From positions 1 to 52,301 of the forward strand of contig JBAYGW010000006.1 of the NCBI GenBank assembly GCA_041666485.1: DNA of 52,301 nucleotides. Reading direction: 5' to 3'. Shown here in pieces: positions 17,973-27,300 of the stretch. Position 1 is the stretch's first letter. Each line of letters begins with the position of its first letter. Made by a program: the position numbers and the translations under genes. The notes beneath the pieces were generated by a model. The model was given only the letters and a program-made list of their open reading frames with translations, did not search any database and was not told the origin of the DNA. The DNA comes from Patescibacteria group bacterium (GTDB lineage: Bacteria; Patescibacteriota; Patescibacteriia; UM-FILTER-42-10).

Positions 17973-18443
17973 ATGAATACCCTAATCCTATACAAATCAA
18001 AATGGGGCACCACCAAACAGTATGCTGAATGGATTCATTCTGCATATCCGGAATCAGATATTTTTAGTATTGATGATTTTGATTCCAAAAAACTGGATAA
18101 CTACGAAACAATCGTAATCGGCGGCAGGACTTATATCGGCAGGATCCAAATCGGCAAGTTTCTGGTCGGAAATTGGAACGTACTAAAAGATAAAAATGTA
18201 TATCTATTTTCAGTCGGCTTGATTCATCCGGATAAAAAAGAAAGTAAACAGTCGTTTGAAATGATACCGGAAGACATCCGCAATTCCTTGGCGGGATATG
18301 CAAAACTGCCCGGGATGACCGATCCAAGAAAACTAAACCTTCTGCAAAAATCATTAGTAAAAAAACACAAAAACCAGCCGGAGAATGTTAATAAGGAAGC
18401 AATACAGCCAATTGTGGATTTTTTAGTGAGAAATGCTGAATAA
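17973..18443 (+). CDS. Flavodoxin-like domain protein (HemG/Flavodoxin_5-like)
   Basis: The N-terminus ILYKSKWGTTKQYAEWI fits the flavodoxin phosphate-binding loop pattern (S/T-x-x-G-x-T). Confidence 0.5.
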   Translation: MNTLILYKSKWGTTKQYAEWIHSAYPESDIFSIDDFDSKKLDNYETIVIGGRTYIGRIQIGKFLVGNWNVLKDKNVYLFSVGLIHPDKKESKQSFEMIPEDIRNSLAGYAKLPGMTDPRKLNLLQKSLVKKHKNQPENVNKEAIQPIVDFLVRNAE

Positions 18444-18452
18444 TAATGCTTA

Positions 18453-19079
18453 ATGAAAATCAATACCTTAAAACTAGATACCCGGCTAATATATTCAGCT
18501 ATCATTATTTTCTTTTTTTGCACCGTTTTCGCGCACATTTTTTCATCCGCACAGTATAACTGGCAAAATCATTCACTCAGCCAACTGGCTGCGCAGAACT
18601 ATTCCCTCGGCTGGATCATGCAACTGGGATTTTTTATTTTTGGCATATTATTTACAGCGGGTGTAATATTGAAAATCAAAAATAGCAGGAAGGTGCGAAT
18701 CGTAGACATGCTTGTACTTTTTTATGGCCTTTCTGTTTTACTCTGCGGGATATTTTCTTCCAGACCATTTGCCGAAGACGTCCCCTATTCAGAGGTGGAA
18801 TCCGGACTGCATTATGCATTCGCGGTTTCAACCGGTATGTTTTTAAACCTTAGTGTTCTTGCTTCCATTTTAACGTCAAGAAGTGTTGGCGAAAGACTTT
18901 TCCACGGGGCATTTTTAATTACTATTTTTATCAGCTCACTGTTTGTAATACTGATCCGGGATGGCTATCTTGATGCGCCGATGGGTATTTTGCAAAGGAT
19001 CATCTTTTTTACCGGGGTTATCTGGCTGTTTATATTTTTTCTGAAAAGGGATAGAATAGAATCAGATAATAAACCATGA
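18453..19079 (+). CDS. Integral membrane protein (~6 TM), possibly DUF998-like
   Basis: Hydrophobicity pattern only. Confidence 0.45.
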   Translation: MKINTLKLDTRLIYSAIIIFFFCTVFAHIFSSAQYNWQNHSLSQLAAQNYSLGWIMQLGFFIFGILFTAGVILKIKNSRKVRIVDMLVLFYGLSVLLCGIFSSRPFAEDVPYSEVESGLHYAFAVSTGMFLNLSVLASILTSRSVGERLFHGAFLITIFISSLFVILIRDGYLDAPMGILQRIIFFTGVIWLFIFFLKRDRIESDNKP

Positions 19080-19729
19080 CAAATATGAGCAACCTGTATT
19101 GGACAAAAGCTCATGCGCATTATTCAAGACAAGACTGGATCAATAAACCATCCATTTTTGCTGAGTTTGCCGTTCAGTATTTCCCTAATACAGGGAGAGT
19201 ACTGGATTTAGGCGCCGGACAAGGGCAGGACAGCCGTTATTTTGCTGAAAAAGGATTTGAGGTGGTATCAACTGATTTTGAAGATTTTGCGTTGGGTTTG
19301 AACGAAACAAATATCCCCTCTCATTTGGAAAAAAGAATTAAGGTGGAAGAAGTTGATATCTCCGAAAAGCTGCCTTTTTTTAATCAGGAATTTGATGTTG
19401 TCTATTCTCACTTAGCCCTGCACTATTTTGATACGAAAACCACAGAAGAAATTTTCAGAGAAATAAAAAGAGTGCTTAAAATCGGTGGTACAATTGCTTT
19501 TATGGTAAATTCAACAAGTGACCCTGAATACAACACTGGAATCAAAATTGAAAAAGACTTTTTTGCCATGAAAAAAAAGATTAAGATGCGTTTTTTCAAT
19601 ATTGATACGGTAAAAGAATTTACCAAAGAATTCAAAACAATTTTAGTTGATAACCTGGGAGAGTCCTACAAAGACAATGCTGTCGGAGTTCATAATATGA
19701 TCCGTTACATTGGAAGAAGAGTTGAATAA
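19076..19729 (+). CDS. Class I SAM-dependent methyltransferase
   Basis: Motif I VLDLGAGQGQDSRYF and a post-I acidic residue (VVSTDF). The start overlaps the previous stop (ATGA). Confidence 0.75.
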   Translation: MTNMSNLYWTKAHAHYSRQDWINKPSIFAEFAVQYFPNTGRVLDLGAGQGQDSRYFAEKGFEVVSTDFEDFALGLNETNIPSHLEKRIKVEEVDISEKLPFFNQEFDVVYSHLALHYFDTKTTEEIFREIKRVLKIGGTIAFMVNSTSDPEYNTGIKIEKDFFAMKKKIKMRFFNIDTVKEFTKEFKTILVDNLGESYKDNAVGVHNMIRYIGRRVE

Positions 19730-20681
19730 CCGAGAATTTCAATCAAAAGATATTCTAAAAAGAAAGCAAGAGCTTGTTCAATCCAAAGCCCTTGCTGTTG
19801 TCCGTACTTACGACACTTTTGAACATGAATCTGGAAAGAAAGATGTTTCGTTGTGTAAAAATTCTAGGGGAGAAAAGTTTATTCTACGCATCGGGGAGGT
19901 TAGAACTAAACAATTCTTTTTCAAAGGATACAAAGGAGGATCTTTAATTATCCCTGAAATCCTGAAGCAAGAATTGATGGGGGTGCCCTATGAGTTTGAA
20001 GAATATTTGACCGGCAGTTTAGCAAGTGAAATAGCCGCAAATAGTGGCGAGGGGGAGATAGAACCGGAACTGCTGGAAAAATTATTATCTGCATTCTGGG
20101 AATTCCAGACGATCGGAAAGCAAGCGTTCCTGGAACAGCGTTTCTCCATTGATAAAATCGTTGAACATCTGCATAAAGCAGAAGGTTTATCAAAAAATTA
20201 TGCTGAAGTTGAAAAAATAATCTATCAACACCGGGACTTCTGGAATAAGGGATATCCATCCAAATGGAAATTTGCTTTGGACAACTTAATTATCACTGAA
20301 AATAATAAAGTAGGCCTGATTGACAATGCTAAAATTGGATTAAGGTATTTCGGCTATGATTTGGGCTGGTTAATTTGGCCATTATGGGTAACCATGAAGA
20401 CGGGATATTACAGGAAAACAGATGAATACTTGCGATATCTTAATGATTTCAGTCACCGGGTTGCTGAAACCGCGCCAAAAGAATACAGTAAAATAGATGT
20501 TAAGAAATATTTTTGGTTAATGATTTTGGAAAGAATTATCGGTATGTATTTTGATGTCGCTAATAACACCAAACATTTAAGACACTGGTCAATCGGTTTA
20601 AATGAGAATCATAAAAGAACTAAAGAGTATCTTTCTTTCTTAGAATCAATACTAAAACATACACTAATAAAAATCAGCTAA
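19710..20681 (+). CDS. Hypothetical protein, possibly aminoglycoside-phosphotransferase/kinase-like fold
   Basis: ALDNLIITENNKVGLIDNAKIG resembles the APH catalytic loop plus DxD-like segment. The start is uncertain: TTG at 19710 overlaps the previous gene and no nearby in-frame ATG exists. Confidence 0.35.
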   Translation: MEEELNNREFQSKDILKRKQELVQSKALAVVRTYDTFEHESGKKDVSLCKNSRGEKFILRIGEVRTKQFFFKGYKGGSLIIPEILKQELMGVPYEFEEYLTGSLASEIAANSGEGEIEPELLEKLLSAFWEFQTIGKQAFLEQRFSIDKIVEHLHKAEGLSKNYAEVEKIIYQHRDFWNKGYPSKWKFALDNLIITENNKVGLIDNAKIGLRYFGYDLGWLIWPLWVTMKTGYYRKTDEYLRYLNDFSHRVAETAPKEYSKIDVKKYFWLMILERIIGMYFDVANNTKHLRHWSIGLNENHKRTKEYLSFLESILKHTLIKIS

Positions 20682-20684
20682 AAA

Positions 20685-21305
20685 ATGATTAAAAATATAA
20701 TAATTGATTGGTCTGGGGTAATTAATGATAATACAAAAAATGTTTATCAGGCAGTTTTAATAATTTTTAAAAATCACGGCATTGATCCGATTTCGTATGA
20801 GAAATTCAGACAGCAGTGGCAACAGCCCTATATGCTTTTCTATAATCGGTATATGCCGGAGCTCACGCATGACCAGGAGCAGAAAGAATATACTGAAGCA
20901 ATCGCCAGTCAGCCGGAACCCAGCGCTTACCCAGGCATTGTAGATACATTAATAAAAGCAAAAGAACAGAGTAAGAATATTGTAATCCTCAGTGGCGATC
21001 CTACTGAGCATGTTGAAAAAGAAATTATTAGATACAAATTAGAGGGTGTTTTTACTGACAAATATACTCTTGTGCATGACAAGTCGCTTGTAATCAAAGA
21101 AATCATGGACAAATACAGTTTTAACGCAAGCGAAACGATATTTATCGGAGATACAATGCACGAAGTTGAAAGCGGAAAATCTGCTTCTGTTCAGACCGGC
21201 GCAGTCACGTGGGGAATTGATACGGAAGAAAAACTATTAAGTGCCAAGCCCGATTATATTATCCACAACATTGAAGAACTAAAAGTTTTAATCACCGATA
21301 ATTAA
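20685..21305 (+). CDS. HAD-superfamily hydrolase (phosphatase-like)
   Basis: Motif I-like IIIDWSGV, motif III/IV region K...IFIGDTMHEVESG. Confidence 0.65.
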   Translation: MIKNIIIDWSGVINDNTKNVYQAVLIIFKNHGIDPISYEKFRQQWQQPYMLFYNRYMPELTHDQEQKEYTEAIASQPEPSAYPGIVDTLIKAKEQSKNIVILSGDPTEHVEKEIIRYKLEGVFTDKYTLVHDKSLVIKEIMDKYSFNASETIFIGDTMHEVESGKSASVQTGAVTWGIDTEEKLLSAKPDYIIHNIEELKVLITDN

Positions 21306-21341
21306 TAATTGACACCTGTAAAATTAGATTTATCTGCTCTG

Positions 21342-21370
21342 TTGATGCATTCAGTATTTTCTGATAGAAT
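21342..21370 (+). promoter_or_regulatory. Sigma70-like promoter for the ABC-2 operon
   Basis: TTGATG (21342-21347), a 17-nt spacer, then TAGAAT (21365-21370). Confidence 0.5.
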
Positions 21371-21385
21371 GCAAAAACAAAATAT

Positions 21386-22321
21386 ATGTCTATTATTGAA
21401 GTAAAAGGGCTGGTAAAAAAATTTAAGACTCCTGACAAAAAGGGGGATCTTATTGCGGTTAACGGGATATCTTTTTCCGTGGAAAAAGGCGAGATTTTTG
21501 GCTTGCTCGGGCCGAACGGCGCGGGCAAAACGACAACTCTGGAAATTATTGAAGGTTTGCAGGACCCGACCAGCGGAGAAACACTGATTAAAGGAATAAA
21601 TACGCACAAAGAACTAAGTAAAGTAAAAAACCTGATCGGCATTCAACTGCAGTCTTCCGCCTATTATGAGTTTCTGAAGCTTGGGGAAATTCTGGAACTG
21701 TTCGGAACTTTTTACCACAAGGCGATTGAGCCGGACAAATTACTAGACATAGTTCAACTGAGAGATAAAAAGAAAGCCCTGATCAAACAGCTCTCCGGCG
21801 GGCAACAACAGCGTTTTTCCATCTGCGCTGCTTTGGTCAACGACCCGGAAGTCGTATTTCTGGATGAACCGACCACTGGTCTGGATCCGCAGGCACGCCG
21901 CTCCATGTGGGAATTCATCAAAAAAATCAATGAGCAGGGCAAAACGATTGTTATCACAACGCACTATATGGAAGAGGCGGAATACTTGTGCAATCGTGTG
22001 GGTATAATGGATCAGGGCAAAATTATTTCTCTTGATACACCAAAAAATTTGATAAGAAACCTGCATTCTTCCGCCCGGATAAATTTTTATGCAGATGAAC
22101 AGTTTGATATTGATTTATTAAAATCCGTGAATGGGATTTTGGAAGTAAAAAATGACGTCAATCACAAATATCATTTGAAAGTAACACAGAGTAATGAAGT
22201 ACTGCCGAAGCTTTATAAATGGGCGGAACAGAATAACGTCTTCATGCAGGAGTTGGAAGTAGTAACCGCCGGACTGGAAGATGTATTCATAGAATTAACC
22301 GGGAAAAAATTAAGGGATTAA
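21386..22321 (+). CDS. ABC transporter ATP-binding protein (ABC-2/DrrA-like)
   Basis: Walker A GPNGAGKTT, signature LSGGQQQR, Walker B VVFLDEPTTGLD. Confidence 0.9.
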   Translation: MSIIEVKGLVKKFKTPDKKGDLIAVNGISFSVEKGEIFGLLGPNGAGKTTTLEIIEGLQDPTSGETLIKGINTHKELSKVKNLIGIQLQSSAYYEFLKLGEILELFGTFYHKAIEPDKLLDIVQLRDKKKALIKQLSGGQQQRFSICAALVNDPEVVFLDEPTTGLDPQARRSMWEFIKKINEQGKTIVITTHYMEEAEYLCNRVGIMDQGKIISLDTPKNLIRNLHSSARINFYADEQFDIDLLKSVNGILEVKNDVNHKYHLKVTQSNEVLPKLYKWAEQNNVFMQELEVVTAGLEDVFIELTGKKLRD

Positions 22322-22322
22322 C

Positions 22323-23438
22323 ATGCTAAAACTGATTTGGGCAAATATTAAAATGACCTTCCGCGATAAGCAGGCGGTTTTCTGGTCCTTGGCTTTTCCT
22401 TTGATGTTTATTATCATTTTCGGCCTGTTTGATTTCACCAAAATGGGCAGTGCCAACTACATAATTTTTGATAACGCAAATTCAGATCTCTCTCTGCAGT
22501 TTCAGCAAGGTTTGAGTGATATTGAATTCTTGAAAAAAATTGATTCCCCGGAAAATCTGGATCTTGCCAAAGAGCAGCTGCAAGCCGGTGATGTTGATAT
22601 CATTATTGTCATTCCGGACAGTTTTGCCAGTAACCTACCTGTTTCTGCCCAACAAATACAGGGCAATCCACTCCCCTTCAATCCCTCACCGATAGAAGTG
22701 ATTTATGACGAATCCAATGTAACGGTAAACCAATTAGCATTGGGAGTCGTGGATAAATTTGTTGATCAAATGAATATGGGCATTGCCAATACCCCAAAAG
22801 TTTTCAGCTACACCACTGAAAGCATACAATCCAAAGAAATTAAATACATAGACATTATTATGCCCGGCATTTTAGCTATGGCGATCATGATGTCAGCGGT
22901 AATCGGCATCTCCACCGGAATCAGTCAATACCGGGAAAGAAAATTATTGAAACGCCTTTCCGCTACACCGCTTAAAGTTCGTAATTTTTTAATCGCCGAA
23001 GTTTCTTCTTACCTTTTTTTGAATCTAATACAAATCACTTTAATAATTCTTGTTGCGCAACAGGTTTTTGACGTAAATGTTTATGGAAATATTTTCTTAA
23101 TCTACGGTATTTGCATTGTGGGCAGTCTGATATTTTTGAACCTGGGGTTTGCAGTCGCTGGGTATGCCAAAAATACCAAGACTGCGGAATCGTTATCGCA
23201 AGTAATCACTATGCCGATGATGTTTTTCTCCGGAGTCTTCTTTTCACCCGAAGCGCTACCGGCAATTGTAGGTAAAATAGTAAAATTTCTTCCGCTCACT
23301 CCGATGATTGAAGCGTTACGCGCTGTTTCAGTCAACGGTGAAGTGCTTAAGGATATCTGGACTCAACTGGCCTTTATGGCTGGCTGGATAATTTTGTCTT
23401 TCTTGATTGCCTGGAAAGTTTTTAAGTTTAAAGACTAG
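22323..23438 (+). CDS. ABC-2 type transporter permease
   Basis: An N-terminal TM, a large extracytoplasmic loop, then 5 C-terminal TMs. It starts 1 nt after the ATPase stop. Confidence 0.8.
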   Translation: MLKLIWANIKMTFRDKQAVFWSLAFPLMFIIIFGLFDFTKMGSANYIIFDNANSDLSLQFQQGLSDIEFLKKIDSPENLDLAKEQLQAGDVDIIIVIPDSFASNLPVSAQQIQGNPLPFNPSPIEVIYDESNVTVNQLALGVVDKFVDQMNMGIANTPKVFSYTTESIQSKEIKYIDIIMPGILAMAIMMSAVIGISTGISQYRERKLLKRLSATPLKVRNFLIAEVSSYLFLNLIQITLIILVAQQVFDVNVYGNIFLIYGICIVGSLIFLNLGFAVAGYAKNTKTAESLSQVITMPMMFFSGVFFSPEALPAIVGKIVKFLPLTPMIEALRAVSVNGEVLKDIWTQLAFMAGWIILSFLIAWKVFKFKD

Positions 23439-23454
23439 GCCAAAAATATAATTA

Positions 23455-23478
23455 ATGCCCCTACAGGGGCATTTTTTG
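23455..23478 (+). terminator. Rho-independent terminator
   Basis: Stem ATGCCCC-taca-GGGGCAT, followed by T6. Confidence 0.8.
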
Positions 23479-23619
23479 TTTTCCGATTTACACGGAGAAC
23501 TATTTACTCATCGCTCTACTACCCTTGACAAATCCTCCGACTGTGCTACTGTGCCGCTACCTGATTGCTGGATGGTCCAGCATGTTATACATACTCTCAA
23601 ATAGCTAGGAGTCAAGCTG

Positions 23620-23841
23620 ATGGATGCATGGTTGCCCCTTACGAAGGATCACGAAGGAATGACGGCGGGAGCCGTTTTGGAACAAGGAGGGACCCCTTAT
23701 GCGTCAACCGAGCAACGTCTCGTCATCATCAGTGGGGATGAACACGAGGCCATCGGCTGCGACGCGGATGACACGATCAGGCCGTCGGACGTCGCCCTCG
23801 GCGTCATTGACCTGCCGGTCTTCCTCCGGCAATCCAACTGA
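23620..23841 (+). CDS. Hypothetical small acidic protein (73 aa), in GC-rich island 4
   Basis: AGGAG lies ~7 nt upstream of the ATG. Line 23701-23760 counted 36/60 GC. Two other frames and strands are also open here, as expected in GC-rich DNA, so the frame choice is tentative. Confidence 0.35.
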   Translation: MDAWLPLTKDHEGMTAGAVLEQGGTPYASTEQRLVIISGDEHEAIGCDADDTIRPSDVALGVIDLPVFLRQSN

Positions 23842-23980
23842 TCATCTAGGTCTCTCACGAGACAAAGGATGTGGATCAAAATACTGCATCCATTTTTTTA
23901 TCCAAATATTTAACTTTTATTGTAAAACACATTAATCCGGACTTCAACTACAATTTATTGCAAATAAAATTTTTGCAATA

Positions 23981-24000
23981 TTTTGCTAATATTAGCAAAA
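23981..24000. promoter_or_regulatory. Perfect 20-bp palindrome (candidate operator)
   Basis: TTTTGCTAAT|ATTAGCAAAA, immediately followed by TGGTATAAT (an extended -10-like element at 24001-24009). Confidence 0.45.
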
Positions 24001-24017
24001 TGGTATAATATACATCT

Positions 24018-24043
24018 TGTCATTTCATGACATAATATGTCAT
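24018..24043. promoter_or_regulatory. Overlapping inverted repeats TGTCAT-N3-ATGACA-N5-TGTCAT (candidate operator)
   Basis: Half-sites at 24018-24023, 24027-24032 and 24038-24043, roughly 30-55 nt upstream of the -35 element of the locus promoter. Confidence 0.45.
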
Positions 24044-24071
24044 TATAAGACATATAAGTACAAATCATCTC

Positions 24072-24100
24072 TTGACTTTTTTACTGCATTATGCTAAAAT
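24072..24100 (+). promoter_or_regulatory. Sigma70-like promoter for the HTH + giant-gene operon
   Basis: TTGACT (24072-24077), a 17-nt spacer, then TAAAAT (24095-24100), 45 nt upstream of ATG 24145. Confidence 0.6.
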
Positions 24101-24144
24101 AGTTACAGTAAATCACAACAAAAACAAAAAAATACCATCAAAAA

Positions 24145-24321
24145 ATGGAGCAATTACTAACCCTCAAGGAAGTAACGGAGATCCTGCGCGTTAGCGAAAG
24201 GACAGTTTATCGTTACATTGATTCGGGTGAGTTAAAAGCGATTAAGATCGGGCAGTGGCGTTTCAGCCAAGAAGATCTTAATCGTTTTATATTCAGTAAA
24301 AAAACGGAAGGCCATGTTTAA
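24145..24321 (+). CDS. Excisionase-family (MerR-like) helix-turn-helix DNA-binding protein, 58 aa; below the ORF-track length cutoff
   Basis: My translation is MEQLLTLKEVTEILRVSERTVYRYIDSGELKAIKIGQWRFSQEDLNRFIFSKKTEGHV. It matches the excisionase-type HTH pattern (LT.kE.A..L.VS..TvYr.i..G.l.a.kiG..wRf...dl..f). Its stop TAA (24319-24321) overlaps ATG 24314 of the giant gene. Confidence 0.75.
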   Translation: MEQLLTLKEVTEILRVSERTVYRYIDSGELKAIKIGQWRFSQEDLNRFIFSKKTEGHV

Positions 24322-27300
24322 CCGAAAGAACAAACTGGAATTGGTACACCAAATAGTGCGTGGCTCCAAAAGAAGGGGTGTCCCCTCTCTATTGGCATTC
24401 GTATTGATCATGCTTTTTGCGTCATTGACAATTCTTATCTTCGCCAATATTGCTATTCAAAATCATCACTCGGAATCAGCGGGTCTTGTCTATAAAACCA
24501 CCGTGGCCGGTGATGTTATTATTCGTACCAGCCCGTCGGATTGTACCGGCTGGTTAAACCCCGATTTAGCAAAGAACATTGACCTGCTTGGCTCTTCATC
24601 AACAAAGGAATTTAATACCAATAATTCAGCATCATACACCAACACTCCTTACGAAAACTTAGGCGATGTTGCGGAGTTTGAATTAGCCAATGCAAAATTG
24701 GTCTGCGGAGGTTTCCAGTTGGCGGAGAATATCCCACCCGAAGCGGTAGATATTGTTGGAACTATCAGTTTGTCTTTTGCCACAGAAACATTTGATAACA
24801 ACGAAGATATTGTTGTTTTTTCCTATTCAATGGACGGCGGTAAGAACTGGAAGGCAGTTGACTCCTTCGCCCTGCTGGAACAAATGAATAATCAAACCAG
24901 GGAAGGATATTGGTCCTATATTATTCCTGATTTGAATGAACTAAAAAAGAGTGAAGATTTTTTGGTAAGAGTCCAATATGTTTCTGAACCGAACAAACAA
25001 CCGGCGACTGCTTACGTAGACGGAATCGCACTTGATATACAATATTTTGAAGAAAAAAGAGACAGTGGAAACTTTGGAGAGATACAAGTTACTAACAAAG
25101 AAGGGATTAACTCCCAAACCACCGCGGTCGCAACGATTGAGGTTGAAAAGAATTCAACTTTCGGATTATTGGGCGTTCCTACTAAAAAAAGGGAGGTTAA
25201 ATCTGTACAGTTAATACACCCGGACGGATCTGTCGCTGAACCGGAAACAAAAATTGAAGAAAAAGAAAATGGCACGACAAAACAAAAAGAATATTCAATC
25301 CAGCCGGTAAATTTTGATAAGCCGGGTGTTTATAAAGCTACTTTCGCAATTGAAGAGAATGGGGTGGTTGAAGAAAAAACTGAGGAATTCGCTTGGGGTG
25401 TCTTATCTTTAAACAGCACGAAATCCGTATATAACCCGGGGGAAACCGCCAATTTAAGTATTAGCGCCTATAATGGTAACGGTGATTTTGTGTGTGATGC
25501 GGATCTTTCCATACAAGTTACAAACCCAAAAGGAAAAGTTGCGACATTATCCACCGCGGAAGGCAGTATTCTTAAATCGCCGCAATGCGGACCAAATATT
25601 GTAACAAATACCGCTGATTACATTACAAGCATTGAAGATTTGTCCGTCGGCCAATATCAATTGAATATCACTGGAGTTATTGATGGAACAACTTATCAGG
25701 CTGCGGAAAGTTTTTCTGTTGAAAAAGACATTCCGTTTGACATTACACGCATCGGTCCAAGTAGAATATACCCGATTGCGGAATATGAAATGTTCTTAGA
25801 GGTCATACCAAAAGATGATTATTTCGGAACAGTCACTGAATTAGTTCCCGACTTAATTCAAGTTTCAGACATCAATGAAAATGGTCTGCTTAGTACTACC
25901 GATGAAAATAATAATTATATTAATTGGCAGGTTGACTGGAAAAAAGGGAAAGCTTATACATTGTCATACAAGTTTGAATCACCGACGCTGGTTGACTACC
26001 ATTTTAAACTGGGACCGGCTTCATTTGTCAACTACAATAACCCGGACAAAAAAGCTGACCCGCTTGCTGAAACAACCAGCTGGCAGGAGACAAGGCCTTG
26101 GCTGATAGAATCAGATAGTATGGCCGACAAAGAACATAACTCCTATATAGACGGGGATACAAACCGAGTTGAAATCATCAATGAAAAACAACTTCGTTAC
26201 CGAGCAGAAAACAGTGAAATTAAAGATCGGTTTTTCCCAAATAATAATTTCTTCCAAGGACCTGACAATAGTTGGCATATTGTAGAAACGCAACTGGATA
26301 TTATCAGCATGGGTGACAGCCGCGTTTCATTCAACGTGAACGGCAAACCACTTATTTTGACACCGGCAGTTGTCATTGGTGGAGTAACCCAACCCATAGA
26401 TACTTTGTCAGCAGATTATCGTGCTCAATTACAAATGCGTCTGGAGGTTCAGAAAATTGATCAGGGAAATAAATGGTCACACATCTTTTTCCGGTTACCC
26501 GAGATTGAAGCGATTGAATTTTTAGTGGAACCGGACGATCACACTATAACTAATGCAAATCCAACATCATTGCTTGTTGACGACCAACTCCTATTGAATT
26601 TTTCTGATCTTGTTGCCTCCGGATTTACCGTTTCGGTTACTCCAAGCAAAATACGAGTTACCAATCTGAAAGACGGCTGGAACACACTGGATCCGACTGA
26701 TACTTTCTACTCTTCAACCGGAGCGGATGGTCAGATAACCTATGGTAACTCAATATATACTGCGACTACAAATGGTACCACATCATTGATTGAAGACAAT
26801 CAATTAATAGTACCATCTTCTGAAACAAGAAGTTTTCTTTCATTTGATACATCATCAATTAGTGATACTGCGACAGTTAGCGCGTCAGATGTCAATACGT
26901 ACGCCGAGTCTTTTGCCAAATCAAAGACTCTAAATACTACTTACTCTATTCAATACTACAGCGGACAGAATGGCATTGGCGCCACACTTGATTCAAGTTC
27001 TGCCGACTGGAACAGCTGTACTACTAGCCATGGTACTTTGAACTGGTCCAACAGTGTCGGTTGGAAATCACAATCACTCACTTCTCCGGCCAGCGCCGTC
27101 AATCTAACCGGCGATACCGATTTTAAACTAGTTGAAGATTTTACTGTTTCAACCGGTGAATATAAGCGGGTAGTTATGCGCCAAACGGAATACGCAGATA
27201 CTACTTCAGACCCGTATTTAGATGTCACCTATACGGCCGGCATTAACGTCTCCGGTAACGCATATAATGAAAACTCCACAGCTGCCCTCACCGAGTGCGA

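Noticed and set aside
23699-23935. Alternative ORFs in islet 4 (23699..23935 + and 23697..23879 -).
   Set aside because: They have no SD-like sequence and run into the terminal hairpin and T-run. The 23620 frame is slightly better supported, but the coding status of the islet remains uncertain.
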